Shown here piece by piece: positions 16,271 to 25,316 of a stretch of DNA of 56,760 nt (position 1 is its first letter; every line of letters begins with the position of its first letter). Location: IMG/VR virus record IMGVR_UViG_3300038499_000012, positions 64,001 through 120,760 of that record; one strand, given 5' to 3'. The notes beneath the pieces were generated by a model. That model ran no database searches, had not been told where the DNA came from, and saw nothing but the letters and a program-made list of their open reading frames with translations. The translations under genes and the position numbers were made by a program. The stretch comes from a virus (lineage: Duplodnaviria > Heunggongvirae > Uroviricota > Caudoviricetes).

Positions 16271-16299
16271 ATGATATGACGGAAGCAGGCAGGAATAAA
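16271..16299 (-). promoter_or_regulatory. Candidate promoter TTTATT-N17-TATCAT upstream of the replication operon
   Basis: Intergenic, 17-nt spacing, followed by an AAGGAG RBS. Confidence 0.4.
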
Positions 16300-16331
16300 C
16301 TTGCGGGTCTAAACGGCTGGAACTATTGGAC

Positions 16332-16466
16332 TTAAGGTTTCTTCTGCTGTTGTTTTCGCTGTTTTTTCACGAACTTCTTCATGATGTCGAAGCCTCCGGT
16401 CTCGTATTCCTCGGACAGCTTCTTCTCCTGAGCATACCTGACAGCAGCTCTAAAAATAGTTCTCAT
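16332..16466 (-). CDS. Small basic protein (44 aa, MRTIFRAAVRYAQEKKL...; not in the ORF track)
   Basis: ATGA overlap with the stop of the upstream ORF. Confidence 0.55.
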   Translation of the reverse strand: MRTIFRAAVRYAQEKKLSEEYETGGFDIMKKFVKKQRKQQQKKP

Positions 16467-17044
16467 GGATTTTTTAACTCTTTCTCTTTGGACACAACCT
16501 TATAGAAACCGCTCTTACGGAACTTTCTATCAAACTCCGCAAAAGGATACTTCTTACCCGGGGCAGACTTGTGTATGTTGATGTAAGTCCCGTGCAGACC
16601 AGCCGGATAAAGCTCAGGCTTGGCCAGATACTTTATCAGGTTCCTCTTAGCCTCATCAGGAGTAACGCTCTTCTCCGTGAGAAACTTCTCCCCAGAAAGC
16701 ACTTCCTGCCCGCCAGGAGCCTCAACACCCCATGGATATAGCGGGGTACGAAAAATGAAATGCTTGCCCTCCTCCAACTTTCCACCCGTGGCATACTCAG
16801 ACCGGGTGAACAAAAGCTCATAACGGGTCCACTGAAAGTTTCCCTCATCAGATACCGTCTCAGTAGAAGGCTTGTCCGGAGCCTCAAAATACGCGGTCAC
16901 CCTCTCAGGGGCATACTTATAGCGTACGGGACCTTTAGGAGTCTTTTCTTCCTCAGGAGGAGTATCGGACTCAGACTCATCATTAGAGGGTTCTACGGCC
17001 TCTGCAGCGAGCCTACGAAGTAGTTCTGATATCCGGTCCATCAA
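16463..17044 (-). CDS. Hypothetical protein with acidic N-terminal linker
   Basis: 193-aa ORF coupled (ATGA overlap) to both neighbours. Confidence 0.65.
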   Translation of the reverse strand: MMDRISELLRRLAAEAVEPSNDESESDTPPEEEKTPKGPVRYKYAPERVTAYFEAPDKPSTETVSDEGNFQWTRYELLFTRSEYATGGKLEEGKHFIFRTPLYPWGVEAPGGQEVLSGEKFLTEKSVTPDEAKRNLIKYLAKPELYPAGLHGTYINIHKSAPGKKYPFAEFDRKFRKSGFYKVVSKEKELKNP

Positions 17045-20000
17045 TCAATTCTCCGCATAGTAATAGGTCTGCCAGGAAGATTGAACAGATCAACACTGTC
17101 CGCATCAGACTTATGATTCATCATACGGACCGTAGACGTGTTGTCGGTTTCACTTGCAACTACCATGAGGTACAGATTCCCATCATTGTTCTGATTCAGA
17201 ACATACGGCTGATAAGTCTTCTGATACGCCCCAGTAGTATCCAAGGTCTCGTACGAGAGGCCCAGATTACTCAAACCAAACTTGGTACCAGGCAAATAGA
17301 CCTGTGACCGGCCTCTGTCTGCCGTATGCACCCCAATGATAGCTGCATTGGAATCCAGATCTACGATATCCTGGGTCTTAGAAACGATTCTGGTATCAAG
17401 AACCGGTACGTCTTCTGTAATCCATGTGGATATGCCCTCACTCTTACCACTAGCGTCTGCATTTGAATACAGCGCCGGCAATCTATCAATGATGTTACTG
17501 TGATTGAAGTAAGGCTGATCTTTGGCATAGATCATGTAAGTACCAGTAGCGGATGTTGCCGCATCATTTTTGATGTAGAGCGTATCATCGTCCACCACTG
17601 TTGTAATCTCATATATCCTGGTGGTATCCGCAGTTCGATATATGTAATTACCTTCTCGTACATTTGATGACCATTGCGTACCCGATCCATTCACCACGGT
17701 GCTGTCGATAACGAATGTTGCTGTTCCTTGAGCGTATGTATAATCCGTCATAGCTCCAGACCCTGCTGTCGTCACGATAGGATTCCCCACAGCTTCTATG
17801 CGACCCATCGTAGTGGTATCAAGGATACCCTGATAGGGGGTTGTCTCATAAAACACTGTGTAGCCTTCCGAGCTTCCTATAGCACTACGTGTCAGGGCTG
17901 GTATCTCAATAGTTGCTCCTGCAGGAGGAGCAGAAATAAAGTCGATTTTAGGACGGGTCTTCGTTGAATCCAGAGGGAACTGCCAGTTATTAGTCGCCAA
18001 AGTGGTCATGGTACCATTAACATAGGCATACCCTTCTCCGTCACCAGTACGGAGACTCGCAAGAGCCATAAAAGCTTTATTCGTACTATCCAGAGTGAAT
18101 TGAGTTAATCCAGTAGCAGGCTCAAGCGGACGATACTCAGCCATTTCATAACAATCAATAATGGCTCTGCCCTGCTTATGCAAGTCAAAGAATTTCGTTC
18201 CAGTATACAGCACCAACTCTACATCATCATTCGTGTTCGGTGAAGGGGATCCAACATTGATGGTGTATTGATTATTATCCCGGGACACACCAATACTTCG
18301 ATACGAAGAGCTATCTACCCGGGCGCTCATCACGCCCAGAATTTGGTATCCTTCCACAGTTCTTGGTACGGTTACGTAGTTGGTTCCGTTACCAAGTGCG
18401 TGATAGATCATTTGATGACCAAAGTCGTAGGGCTCAGTAACGAAAGCCCCAGCATTGTGGAGCATATTGTATTTGGTTCCATCAATGGTCCCTACAGGGC
18501 CTGCAGTACGAACTCTGATGTCTGCATCCATAGTAGCGATGGAACATGTAGAGTCTTCATTACGGCATTCCAGAAATGCTGTAGGCACTCTTGTCAGACC
18601 GCAAGCTCCAGACGGATACCTGATGATATATTCGAATGTCAGGGGAAGCGAGGTAGTAACAATAACTCCGGCCGTAATAGAGATGGTGACCGTTCCAGAG
18701 GGTAACGTAGATACAGAAAATCCTGTTGTACGAATCGTATCGCTTTGATAGACCTGACGAATGTTATTAATTGTCGAGCCTGTTGGGTATGCCGAAGTAC
18801 TAAGCTGAACTTGATCCCCTATAGTCCAAGCCCCTCCTATTGTTCCTACCGTCTTGTCATTCACGGTACGAACGGCAAATGACTCTGACTGATCCACGCC
18901 TGTATTTGACCATACCCTACGAATTCCATCAGGATTCCCAGGAAGTTTAACCGATCCGTCTTTATCAACATCCGATACAGCATCCGCCTGTACCAGAGTT
19001 ACTCCAAAGTGATCTTCTCCAAGATCACTATAGGTCATACGAGTCTTCAGATCCCCACTGATAGCCTTCTGGAAAGCTCTCTCGCAGAGCTCCTTGTAGT
19101 TATCCTGTACTGAGACCAAATGTCTCATATCCAGAATATCACTAGCCTCAACAACATCGTTGTACTTGTTATCGGGGCGGTCAGACGCATATCCTGCCAC
19201 ATAATCGGCCCGATTCCTGCCCGCGCCATTTGAATAATCATCCGGGGTATACGCATGAGAATTACGCCGTGTTATGGCAAACATCGGAATAGCATAGGTG
19301 TACCCATCGACCGTCTCTAGGGTCTCTTGAGCAATCGTATCGCCCGCACCGGCTCTCCAGAGTCCTACATCACCAGAAACAGATAAGAAGTAGGCATGGC
19401 TACAAGTATTGATAGGAGACACAAGAGGACCTTGTACAAAAACATTATTCGGATCAAACCCATCGGAATAGGTATCTATGTCGATGTCTTCTACTACCCG
19501 TATCCTGTACTGCAGTTGCACTCGAAGGGCGGTCTCAATAGGCGTAACAGGATCTATCAAGTCATTGGTAGGATTTGTGCCGCCATAAAGGACATTTCCA
19601 TATTTATAGATGACATCTGATGGGTAGATGAGTTTACGCCACACTTCCAGGAACACAAAATTCACCCGATGGCCACTTGAAGGAGGCTCTGGAAGGATGA
19701 TGATATTGTTTTCATCCGTAGAGCTCGATCCTTGTACCGTAAGCTGCCAGCCATTCACCCAGGCGGTCAGATGACCGGTCTGAATGCCTTTATCAAGGGC
19801 TATGAGCTTGAGAGTCTTTCTGATGAAGGTCGGAGATGCCAAAACATCTCCTGCCATACAGAGGATTTCAGATACGCCCTGTTTCAGCCCTCCGACCACG
19901 GCCCAACCGCTTGGGAGGAGGTACTTGGTTTGAAGCCTAGAACGCTCAGATGAGAGTTTCTCGCTGAGGTTTTGCTCGGACGACAGAGGAGGTTTTCGTT

Positions 20001-20079
20001 TCTGGGCAACGATCTCTTCGAAGCTCCTGTTGTCGGTATCGAGTACACGTGTTTGATTTGGTCCAAGATAATCAGACAT
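17041..20079 (-). CDS. Virion structural protein (baseplate/tail appendage), paralogue of 25317..29351
   Basis: Shared motifs FLEVWR, ET..RVQLQY.IRVV, GLWRA, VDGY.YAIPMF, RPD...DILD.R. Beta-rich S/T/G composition. Confidence 0.65.
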   Translation of the reverse strand: MSDYLGPNQTRVLDTDNRSFEEIVAQKRKPPLSSEQNLSEKLSSERSRLQTKYLLPSGWAVVGGLKQGVSEILCMAGDVLASPTFIRKTLKLIALDKGIQTGHLTAWVNGWQLTVQGSSSTDENNIIILPEPPSSGHRVNFVFLEVWRKLIYPSDVIYKYGNVLYGGTNPTNDLIDPVTPIETALRVQLQYRIRVVEDIDIDTYSDGFDPNNVFVQGPLVSPINTCSHAYFLSVSGDVGLWRAGAGDTIAQETLETVDGYTYAIPMFAITRRNSHAYTPDDYSNGAGRNRADYVAGYASDRPDNKYNDVVEASDILDMRHLVSVQDNYKELCERAFQKAISGDLKTRMTYSDLGEDHFGVTLVQADAVSDVDKDGSVKLPGNPDGIRRVWSNTGVDQSESFAVRTVNDKTVGTIGGAWTIGDQVQLSTSAYPTGSTINNIRQVYQSDTIRTTGFSVSTLPSGTVTISITAGVIVTTSLPLTFEYIIRYPSGACGLTRVPTAFLECRNEDSTCSIATMDADIRVRTAGPVGTIDGTKYNMLHNAGAFVTEPYDFGHQMIYHALGNGTNYVTVPRTVEGYQILGVMSARVDSSSYRSIGVSRDNNQYTINVGSPSPNTNDDVELVLYTGTKFFDLHKQGRAIIDCYEMAEYRPLEPATGLTQFTLDSTNKAFMALASLRTGDGEGYAYVNGTMTTLATNNWQFPLDSTKTRPKIDFISAPPAGATIEIPALTRSAIGSSEGYTVFYETTPYQGILDTTTMGRIEAVGNPIVTTAGSGAMTDYTYAQGTATFVIDSTVVNGSGTQWSSNVREGNYIYRTADTTRIYEITTVVDDDTLYIKNDAATSATGTYMIYAKDQPYFNHSNIIDRLPALYSNADASGKSEGISTWITEDVPVLDTRIVSKTQDIVDLDSNAAIIGVHTADRGRSQVYLPGTKFGLSNLGLSYETLDTTGAYQKTYQPYVLNQNNDGNLYLMVVASETDNTSTVRMMNHKSDADSVDLFNLPGRPITMRRID

Positions 20080-20094
20080 TCATCAACTCCTATG

Positions 20095-20976
20095 TCAGCG
20101 GAACCATCCGAGGGGTACCATAGTACTTGATTCGATCCGAGCTGTCTTGATCAAGCTCGCAACAAGATTTTCATAGTTATACAGAAAATCATAGAACACC
20201 GACGAGTCAAAAAACCATGTTGCGGGATATCCTGTGCTTGTCTTAAAAACTCCATCAATGGAAGAAAGCCTATAAAGGGTCTCCGCTAAAACGGACATGC
20301 CCTTCTTTATTTGCATGAACTTATCAACTACATCCGTTGCGGTTTCTCCAACAGCCTGCTTCACCATAGATTTGGAAAGTCCGGCCGTCTTACTCAATCT
20401 TGATAGCGTTGCCCAAGACTTTCGATCCGAAGACTCCATGATGATATCTAGATCGTTTTCCCACTGTCCAATGGGCAATAACTCAGCTTTCACACTAGAA
20501 AGAACAACAGCGACTTTCTTTTCACCCCACATAGACGATGGAAGTTTGGTCTTCAGAAGTATTTCCGCCTGTCTTCTGGTATCTATCAGGACCTCTTTGA
20601 ATCCATCGAGACTATTTCGATACTCAGCCACGCCATTTAGGATTTTAGCAGTCTTCATTTCCTTGGGTGTATTATCGGTTATTTCGTCAGGAGCAGCATC
20701 CAAAACCTGCACCTCAACATCCACGACATGCTTCTTTATCTCATCCAACAAGGGATCTAAAAGACTATCTGCAGTCTTCCAGCCCTTGATACCGAAGTTC
20801 TTGCCAAGATTTATAGCTATCAAAGAAAGAACAGGTATCGACCTGGATGAAAATTTCTTCAACGTATCCGATTCAGTCAGTGAACACCCATTGAGCATCC
20901 CGTCATATCTGTTATCCGTACGACGGAAATAAAGTGTGTCAGGACCTATATGTAATGCCCCAAGCATTCTTATCAC
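20095..20976 (-). CDS. Hypothetical protein
   Basis: 293-aa ORF coupled to its neighbours. Contains three KTA motifs. Confidence 0.6.
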   Translation of the reverse strand: MIRMLGALHIGPDTLYFRRTDNRYDGMLNGCSLTESDTLKKFSSRSIPVLSLIAINLGKNFGIKGWKTADSLLDPLLDEIKKHVVDVEVQVLDAAPDEITDNTPKEMKTAKILNGVAEYRNSLDGFKEVLIDTRRQAEILLKTKLPSSMWGEKKVAVVLSSVKAELLPIGQWENDLDIIMESSDRKSWATLSRLSKTAGLSKSMVKQAVGETATDVVDKFMQIKKGMSVLAETLYRLSSIDGVFKTSTGYPATWFFDSSVFYDFLYNYENLVASLIKTARIESSTMVPLGWFR

Positions 20977-21638
20977 GCAGTGATCCTAAAGATAATTGTA
21001 AGAGTCATGGAATTGCTTTTATTGATAACGGGGAACGTTCTATAATTAATCTCCGTACCACTGTCCGCGGAATCCGTAGCATCCCCGCCAAACAATCCCA
21101 TCTCCACCAAAGGTCCTACAGCCTCTGTCTCGGCAAAGGTCGCCGTGAAATCCACCACACCGGTAGGTGTCAGAACATGATCTCCTGTTGAAGGATCCAC
21201 GAAAGACACATCCGGTGTCGTGAAGGCCTTACGAGCGATCTCATTCTCAAGGACGGTTTGTGTATTGGTCGGCTGTGGTGGATTCTGAAGGTTCCACCCA
21301 GAAGCTCCCGTGCCTACCGCCAGATAGGATATGCCGGCATCAGGCTCAGAATTGTCTTTGAGCAGCCTGGCAATCAGAATGCTTGCCGAGTTCACTATAA
21401 TATTCGTATCATGCCGTTCTTCAATGACACGGCCTGATGCATTTCGGAGTAAGATCCAATACTCCCCGGAGAGGCCATTTAGCTTTTCCTCGTACTTAAC
21501 CCTATGCCCCCCGAAACATCCTTCGGCAATCTTCTTCAACGCCTCTTTGAATATCATTGGCACCACTCCGATTTTTAGAACGTATACGTATCTAAATGTA
21601 AGACCTATTAAGAGATTATCACCTGAAATCTCTGCCAC
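20973..21638 (-). CDS. Tail-collar/fibre-attachment-like structural protein (start may be the internal MIFKE)
   Basis: NIIVNSASILIARLL, ISYLAVGTG, LENEIARK, EAVGPLVEMGLFGG and YRTFPVINK resemble small phage baseplate/collar proteins. Confidence 0.55.
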   Translation of the reverse strand: MAEISGDNLLIGLTFRYVYVLKIGVVPMIFKEALKKIAEGCFGGHRVKYEEKLNGLSGEYWILLRNASGRVIEERHDTNIIVNSASILIARLLKDNSEPDAGISYLAVGTGASGWNLQNPPQPTNTQTVLENEIARKAFTTPDVSFVDPSTGDHVLTPTGVVDFTATFAETEAVGPLVEMGLFGGDATDSADSGTEINYRTFPVINKSNSMTLTIIFRITA

Positions 21639-24600
21639 CTAAAGTGCGAGCACCTCTACCTGTTTTATGGTTCTGAAGGTCCTGTCCGGTAGCAATTCTC
21701 GATACGTCTTCTTCCTGAATTTGACCAAAGAATCATTCAGGAAAGAGTAACTCACAGCAAAGTTCAGAGGATTTGACCACCGCCAGGGATCCTGAATCCT
21801 GATCATAGCATTCGGGAAAGTCTCAGGAGTGCTTATCTCATCCTCAGATGCACTGTAGGTTTCAAACACAGGCCCTGAAAAGATGTGTTCCTCAATGGCA
21901 TAAGTGTCCTTGTTGAAGAACACCAGCTTAATACCCGTGCTATTATCATCCAGAAAATTGATGTATTCCGAAAACAAAACAGTCGACTGCATCTTAATTG
22001 GATCAGGACAGGCGGACGGATACACATACTCATAATCATAAACCCTGGACCGATCCGTATCCATTACCTCCACCCACTGAACATTCAGAACTTTGTATGT
22101 GAACTCTACAGTTGCACTCAGCGGAGGAGCAGAATTCAGAACTATCACACCCGTTACAGGATCTAGGGTCAAAATAGCACTCGGTACTGTAACTCCATTA
22201 ACTTTCACAAGAACATCAGAGAGGTCAGCATACGTAGTGCTGTTCTTCATTACCGGCAATACCGAGAAATCAACATACCCATACTCAGTAGTGCTCTTCT
22301 TCACGGTAGCAGGAAGGTTGAATACCGTCTGGGCCACATCCGCCGGAGTCATTACAGTATAGACGTTGTACATTGTTCCAACGTCGGAGCGTTCCCTTAG
22401 AATGAAATTCCTACGAAGCAGTTTACCCGCTACCCTAACGTTATGGACAGCTTCCATCATTCCTGGGAAACTTATCCGAACATCATCGGTTTCAACGGTA
22501 TCAAACAGGATCCACGGATCACATTCCTTAAGTTTGTCTAACGTTTCCGTGAACCGTATCTGGAACGTAGGAGCTTCAAAATCACACAACGAGCTCAGAT
22601 TGACACTATTGCCCTCTAGGAATTCTTTCAGCAGCAGATCCGAGTACATGAGCGGATTACGATGCTGCCGAATATCCTGTAACTTCCTTTGATACACAAG
22701 TCCGGGATGATGAGACCAGGTTTTCTGGAATGGCGGGGTTCCCTCATACAGTTTGAGTACCGGGTCAAGACCATTATCCAGATACTTGTCGTTGAGAACG
22801 ACCGAGGAACTGGTGTCGTAGAGGAACTCTCCACTAAAGAAGAGGTTCTTATGATTCAGGGAATCCTGCTGATTAATCAAAGATGCCCGTTTGACAGGCT
22901 TCTGGTAATTATTAAGCAGCAATGTATCCGGAGAATTCAAAACCGACGTATGATGCAGCAAATACGCTCGATACCTATATCCAATCTCGGCAGGAGTCTC
23001 AAACGATCCGGCCCCAGTCTCAATATCAGTATCTAATTCTCCGTCATACACTATTGTGTACGGAGAATTATATCCCTTGTAGGAGTCGTACATCCTACCC
23101 AAGTCGTCGTAGAGCATCGTATAGACAAGATTGTTCCCACGATAGAACTGGAAGTCAAAAACATCTCCTACCCTTGGTAGCCTACCCAACTCAGAACTAG
23201 TCCAAAATGACGTTGCCGAGTTGAGAGTGACATGACCGAGTAATCCATCAACAGTCGTGACAGCACTCGTAATAGTTGTTCCATCGACGGTTATCGCTAC
23301 ATCAGAGGGTTCTGCCAGAGATCCGGTTTCACTGACCAAAGGTGCAGAAGGCATCTGCCAATACGAAATGCCATATACGAAGGCGGAGGTTGCATCAAAA
23401 ACGGTTCCATCTACGCTATAGTGATATCGGAATTCAAAATCATTTCCGGGGATCGGATAATGCCCAGCACTACTATCCCAGTAGGTGTAAACGTTTGTAA
23501 GATTGATAAGACTCGTGCTGGTATCTACAGCACTAACGGCATTAGTAAGGGACGTTCCATCTATTCGGAATAGAATATCGGAAGGTGTAGCAAGAACCCC
23601 ATAACCATCCGTCAGTGGCTTATAGGGCATTGTGAATTCAAAGTTATCTCCATACAAGGACATGTCGTAGATATCACTACGGTCCCATGGATATGAAAAC
23701 CGTGGAAATCCCATGCGTTCATTGAGCATGGAACTGTAGGTCTTTTCAGACTCACTCTGACCAGTACAGGATTTTCTCAAATCTTCATAATGAGGAACGA
23801 GCAGGTCTTGTACCCAGCGATCGCATATTGTTGTCTCCGACTTTATCTGCAGCGGAAATCTTCCCTGAGCATCCATCTGCTTCTTCACAAATTCCTGGAA
23901 GACAGGCAGACGATACGTGCTGCGATAGAAAAACGCGTAAGGATTGGTTCCTAGATACGAAGATTGCCACCAGAATTGAAAGGTTCCCGGGATGCGTACG
24001 TAGCTGATTTTTACGTACTGCCCTATACGCAGTTCGTTGATGGTAATCCGTTTTCCAGAGGCATCAAAAATCTTGGTTCCATCTACACCTGGTTCTGTGA
24101 TGACACGAGTTTCATCGGCCAGAAAAAATATCAAATCATCGTGGTGTATGGAGTCAATTCTTCCCGTAGCCCCTATCGGTGAAATCTGGACATTCACCTG
24201 GAATGCAAGAATTACAAACTCATCAAGAGGCCCATAGAGATAGACAGGTACGCACCCACCTCCGGTATCTCCATAAATCAAGTCATGAACCTTATTAGTA
24301 TCGAACTGCTCGGTCCATATGAAGTGGGTGTCATAGAGGACATGCGCCGGCCGTATGAGGTTGATGAAAAAATCTAGATCATTTGCAAGTTCCGTAAAGC
24401 TACGGCCAGTTTTGATAAGATCATCTATCAGGACCTCTACAATCATCTTATTGCCATCAATCACGCCATAAGACGATCCGGGCTTACGAGCCTCGAGATA
24501 GAGCTCCTTAATATTGATGTCCAGGCCGGTGAATTTACTGGCAGTATCTTCAATATTGGTCTTGATACTGCCTTTGAGATATGCATTTTTCAGTGATATT

Positions 24601-24950
24601 AGATAATCACGAAAAGTAGCATCGTTGTAGCCTGCCGGAGCTATTCGTTCTTGCAGGAATAAGCGTTCTCCCAGAATTTGCTGAAGATACTCAATACGAG
24701 TACTGGTATAAACCTTATCGTCATTTATGGCGTCGTTAGAATAATGGATCCGAGAGAATTCTCTGGCCAATACTTGGCACAGAATAGCAAGATTGGTGGT
24801 CTGCTCTTTTGTGTAATTACTGGGATATAAGTCCAGAATTGTAGCCAGCTTGGACATTGCCCGGTTGTACAAATCCAACCGGAATCCCTTATCATCAGGG
24901 AATCGCCTGCGTCCTAGCTCTTCTGGATCAGGAATGTAGATTGAGCTCAT
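21639..24950 (-). CDS. Baseplate wedge protein (gpI/Mu gp48-like N-terminus) with repeated Ig-like modules
   Basis: N-terminal LDLYPSNY...LAREF...FRDYL...LKGS...IRPAHVLY. Three PSDV/LSDV-x-V-x-G repeats. Lies downstream of the baseplate J-like gene. Confidence 0.55.
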   Translation of the reverse strand: MSSIYIPDPEELGRRRFPDDKGFRLDLYNRAMSKLATILDLYPSNYTKEQTTNLAILCQVLAREFSRIHYSNDAINDDKVYTSTRIEYLQQILGERLFLQERIAPAGYNDATFRDYLISLKNAYLKGSIKTNIEDTASKFTGLDINIKELYLEARKPGSSYGVIDGNKMIVEVLIDDLIKTGRSFTELANDLDFFINLIRPAHVLYDTHFIWTEQFDTNKVHDLIYGDTGGGCVPVYLYGPLDEFVILAFQVNVQISPIGATGRIDSIHHDDLIFFLADETRVITEPGVDGTKIFDASGKRITINELRIGQYVKISYVRIPGTFQFWWQSSYLGTNPYAFFYRSTYRLPVFQEFVKKQMDAQGRFPLQIKSETTICDRWVQDLLVPHYEDLRKSCTGQSESEKTYSSMLNERMGFPRFSYPWDRSDIYDMSLYGDNFEFTMPYKPLTDGYGVLATPSDILFRIDGTSLTNAVSAVDTSTSLINLTNVYTYWDSSAGHYPIPGNDFEFRYHYSVDGTVFDATSAFVYGISYWQMPSAPLVSETGSLAEPSDVAITVDGTTITSAVTTVDGLLGHVTLNSATSFWTSSELGRLPRVGDVFDFQFYRGNNLVYTMLYDDLGRMYDSYKGYNSPYTIVYDGELDTDIETGAGSFETPAEIGYRYRAYLLHHTSVLNSPDTLLLNNYQKPVKRASLINQQDSLNHKNLFFSGEFLYDTSSSVVLNDKYLDNGLDPVLKLYEGTPPFQKTWSHHPGLVYQRKLQDIRQHRNPLMYSDLLLKEFLEGNSVNLSSLCDFEAPTFQIRFTETLDKLKECDPWILFDTVETDDVRISFPGMMEAVHNVRVAGKLLRRNFILRERSDVGTMYNVYTVMTPADVAQTVFNLPATVKKSTTEYGYVDFSVLPVMKNSTTYADLSDVLVKVNGVTVPSAILTLDPVTGVIVLNSAPPLSATVEFTYKVLNVQWVEVMDTDRSRVYDYEYVYPSACPDPIKMQSTVLFSEYINFLDDNSTGIKLVFFNKDTYAIEEHIFSGPVFETYSASEDEISTPETFPNAMIRIQDPWRWSNPLNFAVSYSFLNDSLVKFRKKTYRELLPDRTFRTIKQVEVLAL

Positions 24951-25315
24951 ACGACCCTAGAAAAATCCACTAAACTAACGGCGGTGGTGTCGGCACTATA
25001 CAACGTGAAAAGTCCTACCGTATGCATGGTAGCATCCGTCGGTATCGTCGGAAAACTAAGACTCCTCAGGGCAGATTGCGGTGTGGACGTATTACTGGTC
25101 AGGTCCGCGGCACCGTAAAAATCATGCACGGACAGGGCTGCATACTGATATTTGCTGCTATCCGAGGAGGAGTACTTTGCTATGCCCGATAGCTGAACCT
25201 GTCCTCCAGGATATTTCATCACGGTATTTCCTACGCGCACCGTGCCCGGAAGAACTGTAACCGTAGAATCGGTTATTTCAACATCCAGAGCTCTGTTTGA
25301 TATTGTTTCTAACAT
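24947..25315 (-). CDS. Hypothetical virion-region protein
   Basis: 122-aa ORF coupled within the structural operon. Confidence 0.55.
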   Translation of the reverse strand: MLETISNRALDVEITDSTVTVLPGTVRVGNTVMKYPGGQVQLSGIAKYSSSDSSKYQYAALSVHDFYGAADLTSNTSTPQSALRSLSFPTIPTDATMHTVGLFTLYSADTTAVSLVDFSRVV

Positions 25316-25316
25316 T

